This document shows positions 53,579 to 63,973 of a stretch of 64,000 nucleotides of DNA, piece by piece. Position 1 is the first letter of the stretch, and the number at the start of each line of letters is the position of its first letter. The notes beneath the pieces are model-generated. The model searched no databases. It was not told the DNA's origin and was given only the letters and a program-made list of their open reading frames with translations. The stretch is from Candidatus Kerfeldbacteria bacterium (GTDB taxonomy: Bacteria > Patescibacteriota > Patescibacteriia > SBBC01 > CAIJZX01): the NCBI GenBank assembly GCA_016193315.1, contig JACPSJ010000001.1, forward strand, positions 599,478 through 663,477. The letters run 5' to 3'. The translations under genes and the position numbers were made by a program.

Positions 53579-54601
53579 TTACTGAAGGTACTGGGCCTTA
53601 TTCCGGTTATGTTCGTCGAGCGTCCGAGCGAAGTGGGTTTGGCCTTTCGGATCGGTCAGAAAGTAATAGTATGGATTCGGTTCAGGGTTGACCGCGGCCC
53701 GCAGCGCCGATAGGCCGGGGTTGCTAATCGGTCCGGGCGGGAATCCTTGGTGACGGTAGGTGTTGTAGGGTGAATCAATATCAAGGTCCGCGGCCGTCGG
53801 TCGGAGCAGGCTCTTGCCGGTCACGAAATTGACGGTCGCATCAGACTGGAGTGGAATGCCGGCGGCTCTTCGCCTCAGAAAAATGTCAGCCGCCATGGCC
53901 CGATCCTGGTCGGTTTTCAACTCCCGTTCCACAATCGAGGCCAGGATCACCACCTCAAACGTCGATCGACCCTGGGCGACAACTGCCTGACGCATGGTCG
54001 AGGAGTATTTTTGATCAAAGTTATCAAGCAATTTCCCGATCACTTGACCCGGTGTCGAGTCAAGAAAAAAACGATAGGTGTCGGGGAATAAGAAGCCTTC
54101 CAAACCGGCCGTGGCCGGCTTGTCCGTTAAGAAAGAATAGTCCCGATCTCCCACGACTTGCCGGGTGTCTGGCTCCGCCACCGCCGCCAAGAACGCTTGA
54201 CGATCGATCACCCCGGCTCGATCGAGCACATCGGCCATCGCTTCGGCCGTCCAACCCTCGAGTAATTTGATCGTCACTTCCCGAGTTGTATCCGGTGGGG
54301 TAGTCACCAGGCGAGCGATGTCACGGATTGACTGGTCACGACGCAGCGTGTACTCACCACCCAGAATGCCGGCTCGTCTCCCGGTCAAGGCGATGTAGAG
54401 ATTCCAGTGCCACCGCGCCTTGATCAGCCCGCTGGCGTAGAGTTTGTCGGCCACCGCCTTCACACCTTCACCTTTGGCAATGGTCAGCATCACCGCCTGT
54501 CGGTTCGACGACAGCGGCTGGCTGACGAGGTGGTTGAACCACCAGCCGCCCGCCAGCGCGGCAACGGTGACGGCCGACAACGCGATCAGCACGATTCTCA
54601 T
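53579..54601 (-). CDS. mltG: Endolytic murein transglycosylase MltG (YceG-like)
   Basis: N-terminal TM, 'GGEYTLRRDQSIRDIARLV' and YceG-domain 'GLPPGPISNPGLSAL', with 'FFLDSTPGQVIGKLL'. Confidence 0.75.
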   Translation of the reverse strand: MRIVLIALSAVTVAALAGGWWFNHLVSQPLSSNRQAVMLTIAKGEGVKAVADKLYASGLIKARWHWNLYIALTGRRAGILGGEYTLRRDQSIRDIARLVTTPPDTTREVTIKLLEGWTAEAMADVLDRAGVIDRQAFLAAVAEPDTRQVVGDRDYSFLTDKPATAGLEGFLFPDTYRFFLDSTPGQVIGKLLDNFDQKYSSTMRQAVVAQGRSTFEVVILASIVERELKTDQDRAMAADIFLRRRAAGIPLQSDATVNFVTGKSLLRPTAADLDIDSPYNTYRHQGFPPGPISNPGLSALRAAVNPEPNPYYYFLTDPKGQTHFARTLDEHNRNKAQYLQ

Positions 54602-54603
54602 GG

Positions 54604-55680
54604 CTAGAGGTATCGATGGAGTGATCGCCGCTCGAGTTCCTGCACCAACCGTTTGACTTCTTGCGCTCGATCGCGGGGGCAGATGAGCAGTGCATCGGGC
54701 GTGTCAACCACAATCATCTGTTCGAGACCAACTGTGGCCACGACCTTGCCCTCGGAGGTATAGACAAGGTTGCCGCGGGAGTCCCGCTCAAGATGGTGAC
54801 CGCGGAGGACGAGCGTACGACCATCGGCGGCGAGAATGTGGTACAGCTCTCGCCAACTGCCGATGTCGGACCACGTCAGGTCGGCCGGGATGACGAGCAT
54901 TGTCCGATCGTGTTCCATGATGCCAAAGTCAATGGAAATACGTTGCAGTTTCGGGAACCAGCGATCGATCGCGGCGCGTTCACCGGCGGTTCCTAGCGCG
55001 GCGGCGATTTTGGTCAGGATTCGATAGGAGGGATTAAGCCAGCGACGGAACTTGTCGAGCATCGCGTCGGCACGAAAGACATAGATGCCGGGGTTCCAGA
55101 GATACTGCCAGCTGGCGACGAACCGTTCGGCTCGTCGACGGTTCGGCTTCTCAATAAATCGATCAACCAAAAAAACATCGGCCCCGTCAATCGTCTCCAC
55201 TTCGTGCTTCATCTTGATGTACCCCAAGCCGGTGTCGGCATACCGCGGCTTGACGCCAATCAACACAGTTTGCGACGGATGACGCTTGACGACCTGGCCG
55301 GCGTGCTTCAGGAGCTGGACATACCGATCGGTCTCCCGGACGTAGGCGTCCGACCAAACCGTGACCATCACCTCCCGTGGATTACGCCGGGCTATGACCG
55401 TGGCGGCGAGACCGATGGCCGCGGCTGTATCGCGCCCGCTAGGTTCCAAAATAAAATTCTGGCGCTCGAGCCGCGGCAATTGACGCCGGAGGAGGGCGTA
55501 GTGCCGCCGCCCGGTTGACAAGTAGATGCTACTGGCTGGCCATCCCCGGCGAAGACGGGAGTACGTCTTTTGGAGTAGGCTCTCGTTGTCACCAAACGGA
55601 TGCGCTTGCTTTGGCCGCTGCTGTCGTGACAACGGCCACAACCGGGTCCCGCTCCCACCGGCGAAGATGACTGGCTTCAT
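54604..55680 (-). CDS. Mannose-1-phosphate guanylyltransferase (GDP-mannose pyrophosphorylase, ManC/CpsB-type NTP-transferase)
   Basis: 'MKPVIFAGGSGTRLWPLSR' signature and the NTP_transferase fold. 358 aa, no PMI cupin domain. 4-nt overlap with pcm. Confidence 0.75.
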   Translation of the reverse strand: MKPVIFAGGSGTRLWPLSRQQRPKQAHPFGDNESLLQKTYSRLRRGWPASSIYLSTGRRHYALLRRQLPRLERQNFILEPSGRDTAAAIGLAATVIARRNPREVMVTVWSDAYVRETDRYVQLLKHAGQVVKRHPSQTVLIGVKPRYADTGLGYIKMKHEVETIDGADVFLVDRFIEKPNRRRAERFVASWQYLWNPGIYVFRADAMLDKFRRWLNPSYRILTKIAAALGTAGERAAIDRWFPKLQRISIDFGIMEHDRTMLVIPADLTWSDIGSWRELYHILAADGRTLVLRGHHLERDSRGNLVYTSEGKVVATVGLEQMIVVDTPDALLICPRDRAQEVKRLVQELERRSLHRYL

Positions 55681-56315
55681 GATGGTGACGGTGAACTGGC
55701 AATGAGCGGCACAAACTGAAAGCCCGGGAACCGTTTCTCGGAGTAGCGTTGCTCATTAGTTCGCTCGATCAGGACTAGATCTTGTACATGCTGACCGACC
55801 GGAATAATCAGCCGGCCGCCGATCCGCAGCTGTTGCTTCAGTCCGGCCGGGGTCGCAGGTGCGGCGGCGGCCACATGGATAATGTCGTAGGGTCCCTGAC
55901 TTGGCCAGCCCCGGCTGCCATCAGCGGTCTTCAGTTCAACGTGCGCCAAGGAAAATGAGATCAAGTTTTGTTTGGCCTTACGGGCGAGCTGCGGAATCCG
56001 CTCGATCGCCACTACCGAACCACCCGGACCAACAATCGTCGCCAGCAGGGCAGTCACCCACCCAGAGCCAGCGCCAATGTCCAACACCCGCTCCCCTGTT
56101 CTCGGCTGCAGCGCTTCGAGCATAATGGCCACCGTCAACGGCTGAGAAATTGTTTGTCCAAAGCCTATCGGTAGCGGGCGGTTCTCGTAGGCCGCGGCCT
56201 GTTCGTCGGGAGGTACGAACCGGGCCCGATCAATCGCTCGCCACGCCGCGATGATGCGCTCGGTCTTGAGTCTGCCGTCGGCGACCAGCTGGTCGACCAT
56301 GCTGTCGTTGGTCAT
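55677..56315 (-). CDS. pcm: Protein-L-isoaspartate O-methyltransferase
   Basis: 'RVLDIGAGSGWVTALLA' motif I and the PIMT-specific 'PLPIGFGQTISQPL'. Confidence 0.8.
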   Translation of the reverse strand: MTNDSMVDQLVADGRLKTERIIAAWRAIDRARFVPPDEQAAAYENRPLPIGFGQTISQPLTVAIMLEALQPRTGERVLDIGAGSGWVTALLATIVGPGGSVVAIERIPQLARKAKQNLISFSLAHVELKTADGSRGWPSQGPYDIIHVAAAAPATPAGLKQQLRIGGRLIIPVGQHVQDLVLIERTNEQRYSEKRFPGFQFVPLIASSPSPS

Positions 56316-56651
56316 AGCGTTCGGGTCTTGATCAAAACACTGCGGTGTGCTATACTGCCTTTGTTACCGGTGGCGCGCTTTTGCGGCGCCTTTTTTGTAT
56401 TGTAGCAAAAATCTCGCCCGACGCCACTGTCGATGGTCGAGACAAGTTTGCATCCAATGGAGAACGAATACCTGCGCCGCTGGCGGGGACGATCCTCTCC
56501 GGCAGGCCAATCAAAAAATCATGATCGTGGCGAGGTCTGCATCGCGGTCGTTGACGGCCAGCCGGGCTTGGTTATCAAACGGACTGCGGTATTGTCGTTC
56601 CACGAAACGATCGGCTATCGGCCACCATTCCGATCATGGTGGTTGATCGGA

Positions 56652-57527
56652 ATGTTCATCATCGGCGCCTGGCTGTCACCACGCGCCGCTGAGGCGGAAT
56701 TATTCTCCGCTGGCGCGATCATCGCGCGCACGAATGACGTTCGTCGTGAGCACCGACTGCCGCCGTTAGCGATTGACCAACGATTGATGGCCGCGGCCGC
56801 GGCGAAAGTTCATGATCTGGTCGACGACCAGTACTTCGCGCATACGGCCCCAGACGGACAGTCACCGTGGGTGTGGATGGAAGCCGCCGGGTATCAGTTC
56901 ACTGAAGCCAGCGAGAACCTAGCCATCGCTTTCAAAGATCCGACCGCCGTCATCGACGCCTGGCTGGATTCTCGTGCCCATCGCCGGAATCTATTGAGCA
57001 GAACGCTCAGCGATGTCGGCGCGGCCGTGGCCGAGGCATCATGGAACGGAACCTCGACCATCATGGTGGTGGAATTCTTTGGCCGTCGGAAGGCTGCCCC
57101 GACACCGACAATGACCACCAACCTACCAAAGCAACCGATGATAACGGTTCCACCAGAATTCGGACAAGCAGGTAATGAAGACATACCGACCAGAATGTCG
57201 CTAGCTGAGCCGGCGCCGCTAAAAGTTATCCCCAGCCTAGTAACGGCCGGCGGTCGACCACTCCCAAACCTCCGATTTACAATCCAGGCTCCGGGGAGTT
57301 CCTTCTCCGACCAAGCCCTTTCTCCTCAGGTCAAGGGCGCATTCCAATCACTGCACACTGGACGGGCGATCCACGACCGCGAACTTGCAGGCAATCCTGA
57401 ACTGACCCGACTTATTATCCTGGCCATGGCGATCAACTTGACCGCTGTCGCTGGTTATGGACTGTACCGAATCGGGCCGCGAGGCTCCGGTCCCAGCCCG
57501 GCGGCGGTTCGAACCCCCCGCCCCTAA
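56652..57527 (+). CDS. Secreted CAP/SCP (PR-1/YkwD-like) domain protein with a C-terminal membrane anchor
   Basis: Signal peptide 'MFIIGAWLSPRAAEA', CAP motifs 'NDVRREHRLPPLAIDQRL', 'AHTAPDGQSPWVWMEAAGYQF' and 'AWLDSRAHRRNLLS', and C-terminal TM 'LIILAMAINLTAVAGYGLY'. The ORF track starts at 56433; the ATG at 56652 is preferred. Confidence 0.65.
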   Translation: MFIIGAWLSPRAAEAELFSAGAIIARTNDVRREHRLPPLAIDQRLMAAAAAKVHDLVDDQYFAHTAPDGQSPWVWMEAAGYQFTEASENLAIAFKDPTAVIDAWLDSRAHRRNLLSRTLSDVGAAVAEASWNGTSTIMVVEFFGRRKAAPTPTMTTNLPKQPMITVPPEFGQAGNEDIPTRMSLAEPAPLKVIPSLVTAGGRPLPNLRFTIQAPGSSFSDQALSPQVKGAFQSLHTGRAIHDRELAGNPELTRLIILAMAINLTAVAGYGLYRIGPRGSGPSPAAVRTPRP

Positions 57528-57883
57528 GGTTTTCCACACCCCCCTAAAAAATCGGCAAAAACTCGAAAAACAGGGGGCTCATGGGGTTTTGCAGTCCTCC
57601 CCTATCTTGTACTACAATGTCGCTACCGTCAGGGGTGACCCCCTTGACAAATCCTGGAGGGATCGTGTAATTTCATCACGATTTTCCCGTCGTTTAGTGT
57701 TGTTCCTTTAGCCATTAAAGACACGTTCTTTTCCCTCGATGTAATCGCGAATCAGCCGCTCCTTAGACCCTAATTTCAACGTTTTCCACGTTCCACGCAC
57801 CTTTTACTTTGCTCGCACCTTTTATCAAAAAACCGAAGAGGGCCAACAAAAAGTTATAACCGACGTTTCACTTTTGTCGCCGC

Positions 57884-57912
57884 TTGACAAATATTGTTAG
57901 CGGTGCTATGGT
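57884..57912 (+). promoter_or_regulatory. Sigma70-like promoter candidate (TTGACA-N17-TATGGT) for the giant adhesin gene
   Basis: -35 TTGACA at 57884-57889 and -10 TATGGT at 57907-57912. A second TTGACA-N16-TGTAAT lies at ~57645. Confidence 0.4.
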
Positions 57913-58036
57913 GCAACGTTTTCGAGTTTTAGAACTTTCTGTTGGCTTTTTTCATACCAGCAGAAACCAAAAGAAGACTGTCTTCCTTAATAACTTCATT
58001 AATAACTCATTTTCATCAAGTCGTATCGGAAATACT

Positions 58037-61000
58037 ATGGCTATTCGAATCAACCTCATTGTCCGGCCGTCGTTTAAAGAACGGCTGTGGAAGGTGCTCA
58101 ACGTCATCGTCGGCGTGTCAACGATCATGAACGTAACTTTCCTGGGGTCAATCCTGGCCGCCCCGCGGATCGCCAAGGCCGACGCTCCCTCGCCGGCCAG
58201 CACCATTACCGCCACCTATAATCCCACTGGCGGCGCTTTGTCAGTCTCGGGTCAGTACACCTGGACCGCTTGCGATCCGGACAACGATGCTCGGATTGTG
58301 GGCTTCGCCCTGTTTATTGATGGTTCGGACGCCGATGCGAACGTCGGCACGCCACTGGCCACGACCACTGAGGCGCTCGACGGTACTGGGATGCACCTGG
58401 CCGATGCTGGGCAGCCATGTCATTCGGCCACCGGTAGCTGGTCCGACAACAGCCATAACGCCACCACGAATCCCATCCTGACCACTGCCCCGACCCGGGT
58501 CTGTGTCGTTACCTACGATGTCCGGACTGGCGTCAGCACCGGCAGTCATTCGCAAATCGGGAGCGGCAGCAACCGGAATACGGACAACTCATATGAGAAA
58601 AATAACGACCAGTACTCCAGCGTCTCATGTACGTCCGTGCCTGTTCCAAGCGTTCCCAACCCGCCACTCGGCCAGTCGTGTGGTCTCGATATTGGCCTGG
58701 TGGTCGATCGATCGGAAAGCATTGACAGCGGTGAGATGTCACAGATGAAAACCGCACTGACGAACTTCGCGAACGCCTTTACCGGCACCCCGACTGTCTT
58801 CAGCCTGACTTCCTTCGCCACCGGTTCAACCTTGAACCGAGCCTTCTCGCGTACCCCGACTCAGGCGGCCGGTGACATCGGCACGGACATTCCCTCGGTC
58901 GGCAGCGGTTACACCAACTGGGATAGCGGTTTGGCACGCAGTTCCGCTTCGTTCGACCCACGTCCGGCGAAAGCCAACCTGATTGTCATTGCCACTGACG
59001 GCAGCCCGAATCGCTGGGGCTACCCGACCACCGACCCGACCTTCGATTGGGACACCGGGTTGACCCGCGCGATTGAGCGCGCTAATGCGATCAAGACGGC
59101 CGGCACGCGGATCGTGGTGGTCGGCATTGGCGAGGACACGACCGACCCGGCGACGCCGACTCAGAAGCTGGAAAAAATGAAGGCTATCAGTGGCTCCAGC
59201 GTGGCCACTACTCCCGGGGCGATCACGACCGCCACCGACGTCATCAAAGTCACTGATTTCAGCGGCATCGGCACCGCCCTCTCGTCCTTAGCCGGAGAAC
59301 TCTGCGGCGGCAAGATCCTAGTCCAGAAACAATTCGATACAGACGGCGATGGCCAAGCTGATCTGACCGGCGACACTGCTGATCCGCTACTAGCTGGATA
59401 TTCCTTCGACGTCAACGGTGCCCCGTCCAATCCGGCGCCGCAAACTACGGGTGGCACCGGATCGCTGGCGTTCGATGTTTTGAACGGCATCTACAGTGTC
59501 GTTGAGACACAGCTCCCACCAAACACCCGCGTCCTGGACGCCCAGTGCGTCAACGGGCAGCAGGCGGTTGGGGCCTTCGATCCGAACAGTCGAACTGTTT
59601 CCGGTTTGACCATGGGGACGGATGATACGGTCAGCTGCACGTTCCTGAATGGCTACCGCCGCGGTTCACTGAAGGTAACGAAAATCGTTGATAGCGGTAC
59701 CGCTTCAGCCGATGATTTCGCGTTGACCATCGCCCCGGACCCAAACCACGTCGGCTCCGTCCATCCGATCAATGGCATCTACGTTTTTGACAGTTTGGAT
59801 CCCGGCCCGTACACGGTGTCCGAACAGACCGTCACCGGTTACCATCAGGTGGCATCGACCTGCGACAAAGTCCAGGTCTCGGCTGGCCAGCAAGCTGAGT
59901 GCGCCATCCACAATGCGCGCGATGCCGGCGAATTAACGGTCATCAAACAGGTGGTCAACAACAACGGCGGGAACAATTCGTCCGGCGACTTCACCATGCA
60001 TATCAAACAAGGCGGTGTCGATGCGGTCACACCGTTTGCCGGGAGCGCCAGCGGTGTAACGAAATCGCTGCCCGCCGGCACGTACACCGTTAGTGAAACT
60101 GGCCTCCCGGCTGGCTACCAACAAACCAGCGTAGTCTGCGACGGCCAGTCGACCAACACGGTCATCGTCACCAACGACGACAAACACACCTGCACCATCA
60201 CCAATGATGATGTGGCGTCCTCGATCACCCTCCAGAAGATGGTTATCAACAATAATGGTGGGGCGGCCGGTCCGAACGATTTCGGGCTGACCGTCGGCGG
60301 CACAGCCGTCACGTCCGGGCAAACTCTGAGCGTCAACGCCAACATTCCCATCGCCTTGAACGAGGCTGGTCGGAATGGGTACCAGTTTGTCTCGCTTAGT
60401 GGCGACGCCAAGTGCCCGAAAACCCTTGGCGGGACGGTCACGCTCAGCGAGGGTGAACATATTGTCTGTACTATCACCAACGACGACATTGCCCCCCGCT
60501 TGACCGTTATCAAGCACGTTATCAATAACAACGGCGGGAACAACGTCGCCGGAGATTTCACCATCTTCGTCAACGGCACCGACGTCTCTGACCCCGACTT
60601 CCCGGGCCGTGAGACTGGTACCACGGTCACCCTCGACCAAGGAGCCTATGCCGTCAACGAATCTGGTCCAAGCGGCTACACCATGAGTTTGTCCGCCCAG
60701 TGTACCGGCACGATTGACATTGGTCAGCACAAGACTTGCACGGTCACGAATAACGACCGGGGGGCGACGGTCACCCTGACTAAACGAGTCACCAATGACA
60801 ACGGCGGCACCGCCGGACCGAACGACTTTGGACTCCGGATCGGTGGTCAGGGAGTTAATTCTGGGCAGACCTTGGCCGTGGCCGCCAACGCACCAATCAG
60901 CATTAGTGAAACCGGACGTGTCGGCTACCAGTTTGTCTCCATTAGCGGCGATACGAAATGCCCGCCGGTACTCGGCGGTACGGTCACGCTCAGCGAAGGC

Positions 61001-63973
61001 GAACATCTGTCATGCACCATTACCAATGACGATGTCCAACCGCGACTGACGGTCTACAAGGTGGTGGTCCATGATGATGGCGGAGCGGCCGTACCCTCCG
61101 ACTTCACTCTCAACGTGACTGGCGGCCACGTCAACCCCAGCCAATTTGCTGGGTCTGACCAGGGAACCATCGTCAGCCTTGACGCTGGCGACTACCACGT
61201 CACCGAGCAGGCTAAGGCTGGCTATGAACCGGTCTATTCCGATGATTGCCAGGGTTCGATCGCCGTCGGTCAGAACAAAGCCTGCGTCGTGACGAACAAT
61301 GACCAGGCCGCCCACCTGATCGTCATCAAGCACGTCGTCAACGACGATGGCGGCAAGCGAACGTCCGATGACTTTTGGCTGACGATTGATGGCGTGAACG
61401 TCCCGAGCGGCGACACTTTCCCTGGGGCCGAAGCGCCAGGCGTCGACAAACGGGTTCACCCCGGTAACTATCTGGTCACCGAGAAAGAAATTGACGGCTA
61501 CCTGGCCTCGTACTCTCGCGATTGCAGCGGTTCGATCGCCCTCGGCGAAACGAAAGTCTGCACCGTCACCAATGACGATGTCCCACCAACCATCACCCTC
61601 ATTAAACAAGTCATCAATGATGACGGTGGGACCGCTGGGCCTGACGACTTTGGCTTGACCATTGGCGGCCAGGCTGTCCAGTCGGGTCAAGCGTTAGCCG
61701 TGCCAGTCGATCAGCCGATGACGGTAGATGAAGTTGGCCGACCGGGCTACGCCTTTGTGTCCTTGACCGGCGACAAAGAATGCCCCGGAAAGCTCGGCGG
61801 GACGGTGTCTCTCTATCCGGGTCAACACGTCACCTGCACCATCACCAATGACGACATCGAACCGCAACTGACGGTCACGAAGATCGTGATCAACGACAAC
61901 GGCGGTACAGCAGAGGTGAAAGACTTCGACCTGTTCGTCGACACGACGCAAGTAGAGAGCGGTGCGGAGAATGGCTTCGACGCCGGCACCTACACGATCA
62001 GCGAGGGGACGAACCAGTCAGGGTATGAGGTCACGCTTGGCGGGGACTGCAACGCCAAAGGTGAGGTCACCCTTAACCTTGGCGATGTCAAACACTGCAC
62101 GATTACCAATGACGATATTGCCCCCCGGTTGACGGTTATCAAACATGTCGTCAGCCAGTCCGCGGCGACCAAGACCGCCGGCGATTTCACCATCTTTGTC
62201 AACGGGGTGGAAGTCTCCGACCCGTCGTTCCCCGGCGATGAAGGCGGCACGACCGTCACTCTCGACACCGGTGCTTACTTCGTCGATGAAGCGGTGTCCG
62301 CTGGCTACCTCAAGAGCTTGTCCGCCAACTGCTCCGGAACGATCGACATTGGCCAGCACCAGACGTGTACCATCACCAATACCCAGCAAGACTTCACCGT
62401 CACCGTCAGCAAAACTGATGAGCCGGATCCAGTCCCGGCCGGGGCGGAACTGACGTACACGGTAGCGTGGGCCTTGAACGGCAATGTGCCGGTTGACAAT
62501 CTGACCGTCACCGACACCCTACCGACAAACACCACCTTCGTTTCCGCTGACCAGGGCGGCCAACACAGCAACGGTCTGGTCACTTGGTCGCTCGGCCCCT
62601 TCCCGACCGGGAACGGCAGCGGATCATTAGCGGTCACCGTCAAGGTAGCCAGCCCGCTCACGGACGGCACGGTCTTGACCAATCGAGCCGAGATCTGCGG
62701 CCAGGCCTTGAGCGAGCCGACCGAACAAACAATAGAGCGTTGCGACGATGATGAAGAAAAGACGACCGTCGAGTCAGCGCCAGCCATTGATCTGGACAAA
62801 TCTGGACCAGCCACCGCTATCCCCGGAGACACCATTACCTACACCCTGGCGTGGTCGGTCAGCGGCAACGCCCAGGCTACCAACGCCATCGTCTCCGATC
62901 CGGTTCCGGCCGACGCGAGTTTCGTCTCGGCCTCAGACGACGGCGGTCTCAGCGGGAGCGTCGTCAGTTGGAATCTAGGCACCGTCAACCCCGGCGATAG
63001 CGGTACCGTCTCGCTGACGGTCCTGCTTGACCGGCCGCTGCCGGATGGCCAACGCATCACCAACACCGGGACCTTCGACACGACCGAGAATGATCCAGTC
63101 AGCGACACGGTGGTCACCGTGGTTGAGTCTGCGCCCTCACTGTCGATCACCAAGACCAACGATGTGGCCGGCTTTACGAACCCCGGCCAGCAAGTGACGT
63201 ATACCGTCGTCGTCAGTAACGCCGCCAGCGCCACCGACACGGCCCGCAACGTCGTCCTGACTGACATCCTGCCAAACGGCTTCACCTATGCCGATGTGGG
63301 CGACTCCACCCGGACGTTCAGCCTGGACGATATTACGCCGGGCAGTTCGGTCACCACGATCTACAACGCCGCCATTGATGTCGAACAAGCGGCCGGTACC
63401 TACACCAACACCGCCTCCGCGCAAGGAAGCAACACACCGAAAGTTTCTGACCGCTCAGAGGTGGATGTTCGCCGACCGCAAGTACTGGGCGCGCAACCCG
63501 AGGTCGACCTCAACATCACCAAGCGGGTCAGCCCGACGGTCACCAATCCGGGCCAGGTGGTGACGTACACCCTGACGATAGTTAACGCTGGCGACGCCGA
63601 CGCAACCGACGTCAAAGTTACCGACACGCTGCCGAATGGTTTCACCTTCATCGAGGGCGGCCGGTCAACCAAGACCTTCGTCATTGGGACGCTAGCGCCG
63701 AACCACCAACGAGTCATCAACTACCAGGTTCGGATCGGCCGCGACGTAGCCTCCGGTCGCTACCAAAACACCGCCGTCCTGACTTCGAACGAAACCGAGC
63801 CGCAAACGGTTCAAGCCGCCCTGGAAGTCCGCCGACCCCGCGTCCTCGGCCTGGCGACCACCGGCATCACCGGTCGCGACGTGACCATCTTCGCGCTCGG
63901 ATTCAGTACTCTGGCGCTGGGCCTAGTCTGGCTGATGCGCCTGCGCCGATCGCATGACGCAGCTGCCGTCTAA
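58037..63973 (+). CDS. Giant cell-surface adhesin: signal peptide, VWA domain, ~13 Cna-B/prealbumin-like repeats, DUF11 repeats, LAxTG-type sorting signal
   Basis: Signal 'MAIRINLIVRPSF...ILAAPRIAKA'. VWA MIDAS 'GLVVDRSESIDSGEM'. About 100-aa repeats built around '(L/I)T(V/L)(I/Q)K.V.N(N/D)(N/D)GG...DF...' with a conserved C(T/V)(I/V)TNDD. DUF11-like 'TVSKTDEPDPVPAGAELTYTV' units follow. C-terminal 'LATTG' + TM 'VTIFALGFSTLALGLVWLM' + 'RLRRSH' tail. The ORF track starts at 57884; the ATG at 58037 precedes the signal peptide. Confidence 0.8.
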   Translation: MAIRINLIVRPSFKERLWKVLNVIVGVSTIMNVTFLGSILAAPRIAKADAPSPASTITATYNPTGGALSVSGQYTWTACDPDNDARIVGFALFIDGSDADANVGTPLATTTEALDGTGMHLADAGQPCHSATGSWSDNSHNATTNPILTTAPTRVCVVTYDVRTGVSTGSHSQIGSGSNRNTDNSYEKNNDQYSSVSCTSVPVPSVPNPPLGQSCGLDIGLVVDRSESIDSGEMSQMKTALTNFANAFTGTPTVFSLTSFATGSTLNRAFSRTPTQAAGDIGTDIPSVGSGYTNWDSGLARSSASFDPRPAKANLIVIATDGSPNRWGYPTTDPTFDWDTGLTRAIERANAIKTAGTRIVVVGIGEDTTDPATPTQKLEKMKAISGSSVATTPGAITTATDVIKVTDFSGIGTALSSLAGELCGGKILVQKQFDTDGDGQADLTGDTADPLLAGYSFDVNGAPSNPAPQTTGGTGSLAFDVLNGIYSVVETQLPPNTRVLDAQCVNGQQAVGAFDPNSRTVSGLTMGTDDTVSCTFLNGYRRGSLKVTKIVDSGTASADDFALTIAPDPNHVGSVHPINGIYVFDSLDPGPYTVSEQTVTGYHQVASTCDKVQVSAGQQAECAIHNARDAGELTVIKQVVNNNGGNNSSGDFTMHIKQGGVDAVTPFAGSASGVTKSLPAGTYTVSETGLPAGYQQTSVVCDGQSTNTVIVTNDDKHTCTITNDDVASSITLQKMVINNNGGAAGPNDFGLTVGGTAVTSGQTLSVNANIPIALNEAGRNGYQFVSLSGDAKCPKTLGGTVTLSEGEHIVCTITNDDIAPRLTVIKHVINNNGGNNVAGDFTIFVNGTDVSDPDFPGRETGTTVTLDQGAYAVNESGPSGYTMSLSAQCTGTIDIGQHKTCTVTNNDRGATVTLTKRVTNDNGGTAGPNDFGLRIGGQGVNSGQTLAVAANAPISISETGRVGYQFVSISGDTKCPPVLGGTVTLSEGEHLSCTITNDDVQPRLTVYKVVVHDDGGAAVPSDFTLNVTGGHVNPSQFAGSDQGTIVSLDAGDYHVTEQAKAGYEPVYSDDCQGSIAVGQNKACVVTNNDQAAHLIVIKHVVNDDGGKRTSDDFWLTIDGVNVPSGDTFPGAEAPGVDKRVHPGNYLVTEKEIDGYLASYSRDCSGSIALGETKVCTVTNDDVPPTITLIKQVINDDGGTAGPDDFGLTIGGQAVQSGQALAVPVDQPMTVDEVGRPGYAFVSLTGDKECPGKLGGTVSLYPGQHVTCTITNDDIEPQLTVTKIVINDNGGTAEVKDFDLFVDTTQVESGAENGFDAGTYTISEGTNQSGYEVTLGGDCNAKGEVTLNLGDVKHCTITNDDIAPRLTVIKHVVSQSAATKTAGDFTIFVNGVEVSDPSFPGDEGGTTVTLDTGAYFVDEAVSAGYLKSLSANCSGTIDIGQHQTCTITNTQQDFTVTVSKTDEPDPVPAGAELTYTVAWALNGNVPVDNLTVTDTLPTNTTFVSADQGGQHSNGLVTWSLGPFPTGNGSGSLAVTVKVASPLTDGTVLTNRAEICGQALSEPTEQTIERCDDDEEKTTVESAPAIDLDKSGPATAIPGDTITYTLAWSVSGNAQATNAIVSDPVPADASFVSASDDGGLSGSVVSWNLGTVNPGDSGTVSLTVLLDRPLPDGQRITNTGTFDTTENDPVSDTVVTVVESAPSLSITKTNDVAGFTNPGQQVTYTVVVSNAASATDTARNVVLTDILPNGFTYADVGDSTRTFSLDDITPGSSVTTIYNAAIDVEQAAGTYTNTASAQGSNTPKVSDRSEVDVRRPQVLGAQPEVDLNITKRVSPTVTNPGQVVTYTLTIVNAGDADATDVKVTDTLPNGFTFIEGGRSTKTFVIGTLAPNHQRVINYQVRIGRDVASGRYQNTAVLTSNETEPQTVQAALEVRRPRVLGLATTGITGRDVTIFALGFSTLALGLVWLMRLRRSHDAAAV

